Shown here one piece after another: positions 1 through 13,989 of a stretch of DNA of 64,000 bases. Under the pieces are notes generated by a model, which saw nothing but the letters and a program-made list of their open reading frames with translations, had not been told where the DNA came from and ran no database searches. Position 1 is the stretch's first letter, and each line of letters starts with the position of its first letter. Location of the stretch: assembly GCA_051294375.1 (NCBI GenBank), contig JBJCIZ010000239.1, forward strand, positions 57,148 to 121,147. The letters run 5' to 3'. The DNA is from Paraspadella gotoi (taxonomy: Eukaryota > Animalia > Chaetognatha). A program made the translations under genes and the position numbers.

Positions 1-859
1 GAACACACTAAAATTTCCGATCCAATACTTAAGGGACTGGTCCTTTATAAAATCGAACATTCTATTAGAAATATTATACCACTTCATTTGATCCGGACAG
101 CCAAGTAGCTCTACGGTGTAAATAAACGAGAGTGTGAGAGAGTCTTGATTAAAAAGCTTGCAGGGACCCGCTATGTCATTTATCTTGTAAGACGTGCATG
201 GACAGCCTTAAACCGCCAAGCCGGTAAAAGTCCGGGTCGAAATAGCTCTTTATTAAACGAATGGACAATTTTTATATTGGTAATCACATTCATGGCATAA
301 CTTTGTCATAAATGGAACAATAACGACGAAACGAAAAAAGACGCACGATCCGGAGTGACTACGTACGATATCCCGGCCGCCTGAGATCACGCCACGAAAA
401 ATTCGATCAAACTCGAAAATCGCTTTACTCCTTCAATCGCAACAGATTCCTCTGACAATCGACCTTTTCCTCTTTTCTTTCTCTCCGCCGCCATATCTAA
501 CCAACAAGTCGCTTTCCCTACCTTTCACTAACCACCTCGCGCTAGTCCCTTTTTTGCCCTATCCAAAACGACACCCAACTTTTTTCTATCCGCTCGATTT
601 ACCCTGAAACTTTATCCAAGTATTCATGGATACTATCCATCCTTCAATGAACCAATCATTGACCATCTTATCGTATCCGCCATTCTAATAACCCGCTCTT
701 CCACCCTAACCTCTCCTCCTTCCTAATCGCTATTCTAAACCTCCCCTACCCCCACTTTCCCTAACCAACCCCTAACCTCCGAACCTTGTGGGCGTTCCCA
801 ATCTCCCGCCTTTAATCCCTGAAGGTTTTTTTCGTCTTCCGCTATTCCTTCGTTCCGAG

Positions 860-1570
860 ACGACCGATCCAACCAACCAACCAACGCGACCGACCAAACC
901 AACCAATCCGACCCGACCGACCGACCGACCGACCGACCGAACCGACCGACTGAACCGACCGACCGACCCGACCGACCGACCGACCGACCGACCGACCGAC
1001 CGACCGATCCGACCGACGACCGACAGACGCGACCGACCGACGACCGACCGACCGACCGAACCGACCGACCAGACCGACCAGACGACCGACACGACCGACC
1101 GACCGCCGACTTGGCCTAATCCCTAATGCCTTGCCAATTTCCTAACCCTAATCCTTGTCAATTCCCTAACTCTAAATCCTTGCCTAAATTTCCTAATCCT
1201 TGGCCTAATTCCCTAACCTAATCTTTGGCCAATTCCCCTAACTCTAATCCTTGGCCTAATCCCAATCATTAGCCTAATCCCTAACCCTAAAATTCCTTGG
1301 CCTAATCCCTAACCCTAAATCCATGGGCCTAAATCCCTAACCCTTATCTTCGGCCTCAATCCCATGAACCCTACCTCCTTGGCCATTACCCTCACCACTA
1401 ATCCTTGGCTAATTCCCTACTCTAATCCTCGGCCTAATCCCTAACCTAATCCTTGGCCTGAATTCCTAACCCTTGGGCTAATCCTAACCCTAATCCCTTG
1501 CCCTAACTCCTAACCTAATCCATGGCCTAATCGCCTAACCCTAATCATGGCCTAATCCCTAACCCTAACC
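860..1570. repeat. (CCGA)n tract followed by degenerate telomere-like CCCTAA satellite (~25-bp unit CCTAATCCCTAACCCTAATCCTTGG); copies at 14820-15445 and 38670-38770
   Basis: Direct inspection; cleanest at 15305-15445. Confidence 0.85.
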
Positions 1571-2544
1571 TCTTTTAATTTAAACGAATTAGACGAGAAA
1601 AAACATTTTCGCCGGAATCTTTGCGACTTTTTTTTTCAACAGAGAATCACAAAATTGGTGACAGCGAATATCTCGGATTCAAAAAAAAAAAATCATTTAA
1701 AGATTAAAAGACGTTTGCAAATAGAAATTTAATTTTTTTTTAATCATCAAGCGGCATGACGGTAAATTAATATTAACACCATTGGTTACGGTTCACGATT
1801 TTCGTCAAGTTTTTTTTTTCTCATCGCTCCGATTCATCGCCATATATTTCTGTCACCTCACAATGCCACCATTGTATAATGTCCATTATGTCTCTTCGGA
1901 TGATTACAGAGCAAGACGAATTCAACTTTCAAAAAGTTTTGTCCCCACTCTCTTTAATTAAAGAAATTGTGTACTATCACGCTTCAAAGAATACGTCCAT
2001 TCTTAAAATCCGTTTTATTTTATCCGTCCATCCATCCGTCCATCCATCCATCCATCCTTTCATCCAGTCCATCCATCCATCCACTCCTCAATTTAATCAC
2101 ACACCGTTTTTTCACCTTTTTATCACTGCCACTTCTCACCTTTTAATCACCGCCACTCCTAACTTTATACATCGCAATTTTCTCAACTGACACCCTCACA
2201 TTAATCACCAGACTTTTCTCACTTCCAATTCCACTTCTATCACCATCACTTCTCCCATCTCTATCATTACTTCGATTCAAAACTTTTTATCACTATCATT
2301 TCTCCGCATCTCTATCACCGCAATCACTTTATCAACTATCACTTCCCCCAATCTCTCTCACCTCCCTCCTCACATCTCTCAGCTGTAACCTTCCCCCATT
2401 CTCTCACCTTCCTCTCTCCTTCGCTTCTATCACTATCACTTCCTCTCTCCTTCGCTTCTATCACTATCACTTCCTCACCGTCCTTAAGCTTCTATCACTA
2501 TCACTTCTCTCTCACTTCGCTCTATCACTATCACTTCCCCCCTA

Positions 2545-2936
2545 TACGGCCATTCTCCTTCGTCGTCCCACAACGAGGACGGTCGATTCTTCTTCATTCC
2601 TTCTGGCGCAAAACGACGTCGACGACGCCGCCGCAGCGGCCGCCGCGGCAGCCGCGACCACGCCGTCACCGCGTCCACAGCCCTTGTCGGCCGCAGCGCC
2701 GCGGGGGTCCGGCGCCGCCCGCTGGAAACTTCGGGCGTCGAAATTCGGCGCCGGCGCGATCGGCGACGATGAGACGAACGACGACGACCGAAACGACGAC
2801 GCTGAGAGCGTCATGGCCGGGGAACAATGACGAGGAGGGCCGTTCGAGGCTGATGGGGGGGGAGGGTGGGAGATGAGAGACTACGTGAAATGGAGATGGA
2901 ACTTGGAGAGAGAGACGAGAGAGAGAGAGAGAGAGT

Positions 2937-2996
<60 letters not shown>

Positions 2997-3043
2997 GAAA
3001 AGAATGGAATGACATCAAAAACTCTAGTGAATGAAGATAGAAT

Positions 3044-3085
<42 letters not shown>

Positions 3086-3165
3086 GAAGAGAGAAGAGAG
3101 AGAGGAGAGAGAGAGAATGATCGAAATAGGAAACAACATCAAAAATCTAGTGATGAGATAGATTG

Positions 3166-3196
<31 letters not shown>

Positions 3197-3442
3197 TAGA
3201 GACGAGAATGAAACGAATGGATACTACATAATCTAGTGAATGAAGATAGACATTGGAAGACGAGAGAGACGAGAGAGAGAGAGGATAGAGAAGAGAATGA
3301 AACGAATGGAACGACATCAAATCTTAGTGAATGAAGATAGAATTGGAGAGAGAGACGAGAGAGAGAGAGAGAGATAGAGAGAGAGAGAGAATGAACGAAT
3401 GGACAAGACATCAAATCTGTGAATGGGAGATAGAATTGGAAG

Positions 3443-3486
<44 letters not shown>

Positions 3487-3549
3487 AATGAACAAATGGA
3501 CACGACATCAAACTCTAGTGAATGGAGATAGAATTGGAGGAGAAAGAGA

Positions 3550-3599
<50 letters not shown>

Positions 3600-3679
3600 A
3601 TGAACAAATAGGAACGACATCAAATCTAGTAGAATGGAGATAGAATTGGAAGAGAAAGAGAGAAAGAGAGAGAGAGAGA

Positions 3680-3716
<37 letters not shown>

Positions 3717-4475
3717 GAGAGAATGGAACGACATAAAAAAAATAAAAATCCCCAAATTTTCCTCTCCGCGAAAAATCATTACGGTTCCACTCGACGACAG
3801 GTTGACATTTTTTAAAAAAACGATGAAAAACGAATTAATGAAGAGAACGGAACAATCAAGAAAATTCAGAAAAAAAAAAAAAAAAACAGAGACCCACAAA
3901 CACGAAAACGGCGTCGAGAGATAAAAAAACTGAATTTTCGTCGACGCTCGAACAAAAAAAAATGGCGTCGATAGATTTTTTTTTTAAAACTTTTAAAATT
4001 TTTTTTGTAACAAAATCGAGTGACTTTTGTTTAATTTGTCTTTCTTTCGAATCTTACCTCGACGATTAGTCGGTGGTGAATAAACTCACGACTTTGTTGA
4101 AACGTGATAATTAATGGATGTGGAAGAGTTGAGATAAGGAGAGCTCTTCTCTGGCGCGAGACATTGTCTCTCAGGGTTATCAACAGAACATTGATTAAAA
4201 ACAAAAAATATTAGATGAAAGTCCAACAATGACATTGAGAGAAAAGTGGCAAAAAATGTTTGTTAGGAAAGACTGAAATAAAAAGAGAGAGAGAGAGAAG
4301 GAGGAGAGTAGAGAGGAGAGAGGAGAGAGAGAGAGAGAGAGACGAGAGGGAGAGAAGAGAGGAGAGAGAGAGAGAGAGAGAGGAGAGAGAGTCATTGACG
4401 TTCACCCAACGCAATCAGTTTGACGAGAACAACTGGAAGCCTTCATTAACATGCTCACTCTCTCTCTCTTCTCTC

Positions 4476-4508
<33 letters not shown>

Positions 4509-4510
4509 TT

Positions 4511-4548
<38 letters not shown>

Positions 4549-5460
4549 GTCAAGCCCGAGTCTTCTCCTCTCCATCGACCAAAGGCTATAAAAAACGTCG
4601 AACGACGGTCCACGACTGATTAAAATATTACAATATTCAAATCGATTTTTCTCTCTCATCTCTCTCTCTCTGGTCTCTCTCTCTCTCTTCTTCTCTCTCT
4701 CTCTCTCTCTCTCCCTCCCCTCTCTCGTCGTTAGCTCAGCCTGGTCGCTTCTCCGGCTCGGGTCCGGCGCTCGTCTCTTCTCTCTCTCTCTCTCCTCGTA
4801 TTCACCTCATGTAGGCGGGTCATTTTTGAAATTTAGCGGCGAAGATCGACGCCAGAACACCTCAGCTCATTTGCCACCTGGACGGAAAAAGAAGCGTTGG
4901 GGGGGGTGGTAGAATTTCCGTAATTTAAAAAAAAAAATGAACTAAGATTTCTAGGGATTAAAAACTCCATAATTTAGTGAATTAACGATTAAACGAAATA
5001 AGAACTAAATCATGTCCGACTGATTAATCGACAATCAATCAATCACTCATACGAAAAAAAAAATCAATAATCAATTAACCAAATCTTATATAATCCAATA
5101 ATAAAAATAACGATTCGAATTAAATGCAATTAAACAATCGACACAATCAAACATTCTATAATCAACAGTCATCTATCGATAAATCGTAATTCGCAACAAC
5201 ACATTGGGTCTCGAAACATCAGAGAGCTCGATTACCATTTTTGGTAATTTCTTCCGAGCCTCTGATTTCCGGTTCCATCTCTGTATCTCCTGTAATGAAA
5301 AACAACAAAAACAACAACAACAACAACAAAAACAACACAACAACCAACGCGAACCCAAGTTGTCGATGACGAAGAGTAGAAACCGATCTGCGGTCGCTCG
5401 AACCTTCGAAGGAAAGATTTCAACGACGATGGCCAAAACAGATTCCGATCCACATTTCAC
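2545..5460 (-). other. Redundant copy 1 of MFS exons 9-11 (probable assembly duplicate or second haplotype)
   Basis: Colinear with 39739-42889 and differs by scattered single-base indels. Confidence 0.85.
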
Positions 5461-8400
5461 CTAAACAAATAAAACAGTTTGTTTGTTTGTTTTGTTTTTG
5501 TTTGTTTTTTTTTATTAGCTAAAGTTAAATGTTATCTTTTTTTTTTTATTACATCTTTATTTTTCAGGGAAAAAAATTTTTTTTCGCCAACTTTGTCGAA
5601 AAATTGTGACTTTCGATCACTACACTACTAGTAGGAAAAGATTACTTTTAAGTCTTAACGTTAACAAAGTAGAGCTTGTGGCCTCCGGTTCTATCCCTGG
5701 TCAGAATCATCCTCGCGAAAGAGTGAGGGGCCGTAAACCATGAAGCCGACCGTCAGATCTGTTGACGAGCATTGCGATACCTCTTTTCTCGCTGCAACTG
5801 CGATGCTTTAAGTTTCGGCTTTCTCGTGGATAAGGCGCTAAGCGGGCTGAAGACTACTATACGTAACTTCTGTGCCCCCCTCAGCAGCCATGGAACGTGT
5901 CCTGGGCTTGGAACAGTTTTGAAGGTTTTCCACGCCCCCCAAGGCGGTTTACGACCGTCCTCACGCTTCCCGCGGGTAGTACCGGGTAGGTATGAGCTGA
6001 TGGCTTTACGCAATGAGCCACGGTGAGCAACTTGCTACCTAATCTTTAAATAAAAAGATTTGATTTCAATTCACGATGGAATGGGGGCGTTCTGCGAAAA
6101 CAAGGCCAATGTTTCATTAGTAAAAAAACAAGGAACGGTTATTCCAAGGTGTTGCGCCGAATTACTTTTCTTTTACTTATCATGTCATTTGTTCCTTAAA
6201 GGTTTNNNNNNNNNNNNNNNNNNNNNNNNNCGACGAGAGCTGACGAGGTTAATGTTTAGGAGAAATATGTTATGTTATTATGTTATTATGATATGAAATT
6301 GGTACAACCAATATAAAAATTATCCATTCATTTAATAAACAAGCTATCTTGCCCCTGACTTTGGACAGGCTTTGGTGGTTTAAGGCCTCCATCACTCTTA
6401 CAAGATAATGACATAGCAGGTCATATACTTTCATATGTTATATTATGTTATGTTATATTATGTTAACAGCGTCATTGNNNNNNNNNNNNNNNNNNNNNNN
6501 NNNNNNNNNNNNNNNNNNNNNNNNNNNNNNNNNNNNNNNNNNNNNNNNNNNNNNNNNNNNNNNNNNNNNNNNNNNNNNNNNNNNNNNNNNNNNNNNNNNN
6601 NNNNNNNNNNNNNNNNNNNNNNNNNNNNNNNNNNNNNNNNNNNNNNNNNNNNNNNNNNNNNNNNNNNNNNNNNNNNNNNNNNNNNNNNNNNNNNNNNNNN
6701 NNNNNNNNNNNNNNNNNNNNNNNNNNNNNNNNNNNNNNNNNNNNNNNNNNNNNNNNNNNNNNNNNTAAGAGTGATGGAGGCCTTAAACCACCAAAGCCGG
6801 TCAAAAGTCAGGGTCGAAATAGCTCATTTATTAAACGAATGGACAATTTTTATATTGGTATCAACAATTTCATGGCATAGCATTGTCATAATGGAAAATA
6901 ACGACGACGAGAAAGAGACGATCCGGATGACTACGACGATAGCCCGGCAGCCTGAGATCGACGCAAAAAATTCCGATCACTCGAAGATTCGCTTTACTCC
7001 TTCAATCGCCAAAGTTTCTCTGAAATCGACTTTTCTCTTCTCTTTCTCTCCAGCCGCCGTCTCTAACCAACACGTCGCTTCCATACCTTTCACTAACCAC
7101 CTCGCGCTATCCTTTTTTGCCCTATCCAACGAACCCAACTTTTTTCTATCCGCTCGATTTACCCTGACTTATCCAAGTATTCAATGGATACTATCCATTA
7201 AGGCGGGCCAAAATTGAACACTTTTTATAACTTTTAATTCTCTCAAAAAAATTCCTTTTTTCCTTCTATTACTAAATCGATTTTCAATGCAACTTTTTGA
7301 ATTAGTTCATTGGGTTGTTGCACTGAAGCTTTTAAATATTTATTAATATATAATAAATGACAAAAATTTTTTTTTAAAAAATTAGTTTTTAAGAACGGAT
7401 TCCTATAGAGCTCGAAAAGTTAAATGAAAGTTAGTACTATAATTTTTAAAAATTTTGACAAGAAATTGGTTAAAAACAGAAAAAACGTTAAAAAATCATC
7501 ATCATCATTGGCTAAATTTTGTAGTTTTTTAAAATTTTTATCAATAAAACAAAAAAATTTTGTCGTTTACGCACTTACGCTCTTGAAAAAAAAATCCATT
7601 TTTTGTACTTTAGGGAAGAGAAATTTTAACGATGGAGTAATGGCTTCATAGGGCGCTCTGGGCAAACATAAAGGGTCGGGTAAAACTGAGCCTGTCTATT
7701 GCACGCAGGGCTGGGTTATTATGAAGTCCATCGTTCTGTTCAGTGAGGCTGATAATAGAATAAAGCTGACACACAAAGTATTTTTGGAATCTTAGAATTG
7801 ATGTACTACCTGCGGTCAATGATACAAAGACTCTTGGAAGCAAAGCCTTTACGTTTAAAAAGCTCTAAGATCATTTTAGTAGGGAGGAGGGGAATAAGCC
7901 GTTTATAGAGGCTAAGCTAAAGGAGAACAATTATAGTTAGTAGAGATGATCGACAGATTTTATTGAGATAAGTTTTGCAGTTCTAGAAGAGTGCTCGCAT
8001 TTAGTTTAATTGATTAAATATGTTGTAACTGTACATGTGGTAGAGAGCTACTTTTCAGCAAAAATATTATTCTGATGTTGTTAAAGATAAATTCTTTATT
8101 TTGGAGTTGGAGGTCTAATTGTCCAGACCAGTGTTAATCTGATTCTTGTGTATCAAAAACATTTTTTAAATTACATTAATATATTTTATTAATCGCTAGT
8201 CTATCAGAATTACGATTCTCTTTTGTCAACTTATCTATCCAAACTTCCTTAGGCTTTCACAGTGGGGACTGAGCCTGATTTCCCGCGCCTTTTAATTTGC
8301 GCTTTTACGAATCTATTGAGCGGCCCATATTTCAGTCCAAGAAGATCGCTTTCTATCTCCGAAGACGTGTAACGGCTCTTTCATATCACACAACGTGCAA

Positions 8401-9409
8401 CGGTGGCGGGCTGGCTGGAGACAATTTTTCATTGCCTTTGTAAGTCGAATTATATCCGTTGTTGGATTCAGAAAAGACAAAAGGAAAGAACCTTTGGTCG
8501 GTCTGAACCGTGACATGAGACAAAATTTACGTGGTTGTTTAATTTTTCTAATATTTTGTTACATATTTAAAATTTAAAACTTGCTAATCTACTTCTCTAT
8601 AGCGTCTGAGACTATTATATGTTAACAAATTAATCGAGGTGAATAGGTTTTAAAAAATACGACATAATACGTAAAAAAAGTCAAGATGTGCTAACAGTAT
8701 ATCAGTTAATTATTCTAACTAATTATCGTACAGAGATTAGCTATTTTTTTAATTTGAATGTTTGTAATGCTCTTTCCCGCTTATATTTTTTTGTCTCTAC
8801 AGTAAAAGCCTCTAACTATTACACGTTTTCATCTCTCTCTCGGTCAGTCTCAGGTCCGTCATCTTCTCTGCTCTGCTCTCTCTACTCGTATCTCTCTCGT
8901 CTATGCATCTCTCTTCTCTCCTCTCTCCTCTCTCTCTTTCTTATACCGATAACCTGCTCTATGCTTTTTTGTCCCCACATCTCATTTGGCGCGGCGATCG
9001 TTTTCCGAGGATGACACGGTCCGTGGGTTCTGTCGCATTAGCGTACTCCGGCGCCCGTGTGAACTTATTTTCGGAGCGTTGATTGCGCCGGTAGTGGAAG
9101 TAGAGTAAGTATCGTCTAGCCTTTCGCATTTATTTCTAAAGATTATGTATGAGAATTGTTTTAAAAAGTTTAAAAGTTTTAATATCTTATAAAGTTTATA
9201 TTAATTTATTGTAATCTAATCCGATTATCAAAAGACCAAGTCTTTCTAAACTGATTGGTTCAAATTTAAAATGTTTGAAATTTGTACACTTATTTTATAT
9301 TTTTTTGTTCCCTCAATTTATATGTTTAGTATGCAATGAAATGGATGTCTGGACATCTCTTAATTAAGACTAAGTATTCAGTTTTAGGAATATATCTAGT
9401 TCAGAAATT

Positions 9410-10503
9410 AGCACAACGATATAAGAATTATTCATTCATTCAATAAGATAAGCTATCTGTGCGCCTTGACTTTGGACTATGGGAGTAAAGGGGCATCTAT
9501 TGTAAATAATGAATGAAATTGTACAGACCAATATAAAGAAGAATTATCCATGATCTCATTTAATAAATAAGGTATACTTGCTCCTGACTTTGGCAGGCTT
9601 GGATTGGTTTAATGGCCTCCATTAACATCTTCACAAGAATAATTAAATAGCAGAGTCCCTGGCAAGCTTTCAGAATCAAGACTCTTTCACAGTCCTGTTT
9701 ATTCAGTCGCAGAGTACCTGGCTTCCCTGAATCAAAATGAAGTGGAAAATATTTCATAGCAATGTTGTCAATTGTGTCATGAAGACACTCTTAAGTATTA
9801 GAATTGGGGATTACTTATTGATACTCCCACATAGCATCAAAATAAAGGAGCTGAATTTTCATGAAAATTGGGTACAACCAATATAATAATTATCGCATTC
9901 ATTTAATAAATAGCTAATCTTTGCCTCTGATATTTGGAGAACAAGGGCTTTGGCTGGTTTAAGGACGTCATTCAATCTAAAGATAATTACGATAAAGACA
10001 GATCTCCTTGCAAATAGCTTTCAATCAAGACTACTCTACAGTACTCTTTTATTCACTCCAGCCAGAGGTACCTGGGCTATCCTATCAATGAAGTGAATAA
10101 TTTCAAAGAAGATGTTTAATTGTATGAAAAAGACACTCCTTATAAATATTATATCGGGAATACTTCATTGTACTACCGAACTGCATCAAAATACAAGGAG
10201 CTGGAGAATATTTATGAAATTGGCCCACACCATATAAAAATTATCCATATTATTATCAATAAGCAAGACTAGCTAAACCTTAGTCGAAGATTAAATATAT
10301 GGTTTAGCATACTAAAAACCACACTACAAGAATCTGTAGCAGAGTCTTGACTTGAAAGCTTGCTGGTACCAACTATGTATTATATTGTAAGAGTGATGGA
10401 GGCCTTTGAACACACAAAAGACCTGTCGACCAATACAAGTCAGCTGGGCAAGATAGCTATATTGATATTAAACGAAATGATAATTTATTTTTATAACAAT
10501 TTC
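9410..10503. repeat. Family A: head-to-tail ~350-bp units followed by an inverted copy
   Basis: Unit starts at ~9512, ~9860 and ~10213; reverse copy ~10380-10503. Confidence 0.7.
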
Positions 10504-10923
10504 TACAAGACGAAGCTCCTGAAATTTTACATCTGACCCGTGAAGTGATTCTTAAGTCTTACACCCATTTTAACATTCAAGTCAAATTAAGAATGATTTC
10601 TTACATTTTCAATTTTTCCGAAAATTCAAGTCCGTTGGCTTAAGAACTTACTCACCATTTTTCACTTCCCGTTGGTAAGTTCTCGCCTTCCCAATCTCAT
10701 TTTCTTTTTTTTTTTCCTCCTTTTTCTCGGTCGAAGACGTCTTACACAACGATGATTTCATTTTCCGATTCGGCGTGTCGTCGTCGATCGTCATCGTCGT
10801 GTCGGTCGTCGTCGTCGCTTGATCTTGTTTTATGACGACGAATACATTCTCTTTCTTTCCTTCTTTGCTCCTTATATCTTCCGACTCAGTGCATTGTAAT
10901 CATTACGCGAGACCAGAACTAGA

Positions 10924-10987
<64 letters not shown>

Positions 10988-12794
10988 GAACGAGAGAGAG
11001 AGAGAAGAGAGAGAGAGAAGAGAGAGAGCAGAGATATAATGTGAGATGAATGTAAAGATCGTGACGAGGTAACGGGCTAAAGGTGAGACGAAGAGACCTT
11101 TCTGGTAAAGCAGAGAGAGACGGAGGTAGAGGAGAGAGGAGAAGAGAGAGAGGAGAGAGAGAGGAGAGATGAACCTCTGTAGAGTCTGTACTAGAAGTGT
11201 CGAAAAAATGAAGTAAACGACATAATAGAAGTACATTAACTCGAGATGCTATTTTATGAGAGGGAGAACAAGTAAGATGTTTAAGGAAATAGTCTACTAA
11301 TGATAGAAATCAGAGCGAAATTAAAAGTTGGGGTTGCGAAACGAAAAGTGGATAAGTTTTTTAAAAAAAAAAAGGTAAACGGTTGAATAAAAAGATGGAG
11401 AGCGTTAGTGAACTTATCCAAAACAATTTAAAAACAAAACCGGGCGCCTCTTATTCCGAGAGCGCAAATTTCTGTTCCTATTATCCAAGACTTTAATTTC
11501 AACCTTAATATTTGACCTAAATATGTGCTTAAACATTTAAACAGAAAACCTAATCCTTAACGCCGAACTTCAAAACTTAATCTTCAAATTTAATTTCAAT
11601 TAACTCAATTCTAACATTTGAACTTTCATTGTGGCATGCCTGGGGAAAATAAGAAACGCCAAAAGTCGGTCCTTCCTTTCACTACCAACGAGTCTTTTTG
11701 AACGATGAGAGAATAAGATAAATATAACAAAGATACGAATATCTTTCCCTCATAACAGGAGTGAATGATTTTTGCAGCGACGCGCCAACAGAGTACCGAC
11801 TCAGGCTCAAATCCTGGCAGAAAATAATCATAACGTTCCATTAAAAGATCACTATTATGTGAGGAAGTCGAGAGCGAGAACTTGAAAGCAGTGAGTGAGC
11901 TTTACAAGCTTTCTGGAATGCCTTCTATAGGGGGCCGTTTGTGACGAGGCCCAAAGCAGATAAAGCGACAGGAAAAGTCGAGATTGAAGTAAAGACTATA
12001 CAAATGACTATGAACAATGCATAGATAGACGACAAAGGCAACGGAGTCATGTCCAAAAAAAAAATCGGCGTCATTCTTTATTTCAGACTATCACCTATTC
12101 TTATATTAATTTAAAAAAAGAAAAAAAAAAAATTAAAGTGAATTAAAGCTCTTGAAAGATAATAAGTTTGGCATAAAATTTTATAAAAATTGGGCTAGTC
12201 ATTTAGGAGCACTGAATTTGTTAAAAATAAAGTACTCCTACCGTAAGCTGATTATATCATAATATTTCCTTTCCTTGGATTAAAAATGAAGTAAATTACA
12301 CAGGACATCTGCGAATGATAACTTGGATAACTGAATATGCCCTAAATCCTATTGATAATAATTTTAATGGAATTTAAATGAAATTTAAAGTTATATAAGT
12401 AGGCGTTTTTTTTTTTTGCGACAGGAGTGTACTTGATGGCAATGGCAAACGACAATGACTGATAGCAAGACCAGGTAGCAATGATCAAGAGGAGGAATGA
12501 CATAACTGTTAGCAAAAGCAAAGTATAGGTCTTGCCAAAGGCAACGACCTCTAACTCAAAAAAAAAAAAGAGCACAGTTTTGAGAATTAAGATAAAGAGA
12601 TAAAAAGATTAAGAGCCCTCGCTTGACATCGACGGCGACGCACGACGACGACGACGACACGTCGGCCAGCGGCAGCGGGCCGCGGCAGCGGTGCTCAAGG
12701 GGTCGCCAGTCGGATTTTAAAGAGAAACAGTTTTTTTTTTCACTTAATCAAGTGACGAGTCACGAAGAACGTGGAGCCCAGAGAGATAGAGGAG

Positions 12795-12879
<85 letters not shown>

Positions 12880-13176
12880 TGGGTCGCTTATAACGAGAAA
12901 AGGGTTCCAAGAACCAATCAACCGAGTGTCTTTCAATCGCGGAGATGCAAGCCTTTGAGATGACGCCAAAAACTATACGTCCAAAAAACTACGCAACGAT
13001 GGACGCGACAAATACGCTCACAACTACGCCAACGATGTTATCGCGACCCCATCAGACACATATAGCTTCTTGCTAACATCGACAAAGATTGATTTACAAA
13101 AAAAGATGACAATACGACGAGAGCTGACGAGGTTAATGTTTAGGAGAAATATGTATATGTTTTCATGTTATTAGAT

Positions 13177-13654
13177 ATGAAATTGGTACAACCAATATAA
13201 AAATTATCCTTCATTTAATAAACAAGTTATCTTGCCCCTGACTTTGGAAGGCTTATGGTGGTTTAAGGCCTCATCACTCTTACAAGATAATGACATAGCA
13301 GTATATCTTGTATATGTTATATTATTGTTATGTTATATTATGTAACAGCAGCTCATTCGAAACACTAAAATTTCGATCCAATCTTAAGGGACTGGTCCTT
13401 TTATAAAATCGAAACATTCTTTGAAAATGATTACAATTCATTGATCCGGAAGCCAAGTACTCTAGGTGTAATATAACGAGAGTGTGAGAGATACTTGATT
13501 AAAGAAGCTTGACAGGGACACCGCCTATGTCATTATCTGTGTAAGAGTGATGGGGCACTTAAACCACCAAAAGCCGGTCAAAGTCAGGGGTCGAAATAGC
13601 TCATTAATTAGAACGATATGGACAATTTTTTATATTGGATATCAACAATTTCAT
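13177..13654. repeat. Dispersed repeat family A, inverted pair (ATGAAATTGGTACAACCAATAT... and ...CAATTTCAT)
   Basis: Forward 13177-13301 and reverse ~13358-13654; the same locus recurs at 6293-6873 and 1-293. Confidence 0.8.
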
Positions 13655-13989
13655 GGCCATAGCATTTGTCATAATTGAAAATAAGCGACGACGAGAAAGA
13701 GACGATGCCGGGATGACTAACGACAGAGTCGGGCAGCCTGAGATCGACGACAAAAATCTCCGATCACTCGGAAATTGCGTTTACTCTCCAAAGTCGCCAA
13801 AGTTTCTCTTGAAATCGAGACTTTTCTCTTTCTTTCTCTCCCGCCGCCGTCTCTAACCACACGTCGCTTCGATACCTTTCACTAACCACCTCGCGCTAGT
13901 TTTTTGCCCTATCCAACGAACCCAACTATTTTTCTATCCGCTCGATTTACCCTGACTTATCGTCAAGTATTCAATGGTATACTATCCAT

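Noticed and set aside
2666-4619. ORFs made of SLSLSL or ERERER here and throughout the window
   Set aside because: Translations of (GA)n/(CT)n microsatellites.
5735-5822. Hammerhead-like GAAAC...GUC...CUGACG on the minus strand
   Set aside because: The core is CUGACGG rather than CUGANGA, and no stem I can form.
6238-6266. CTGACGA...GAAA hammerhead core (also ~13124)
   Set aside because: The intervening bases cannot form stem II.
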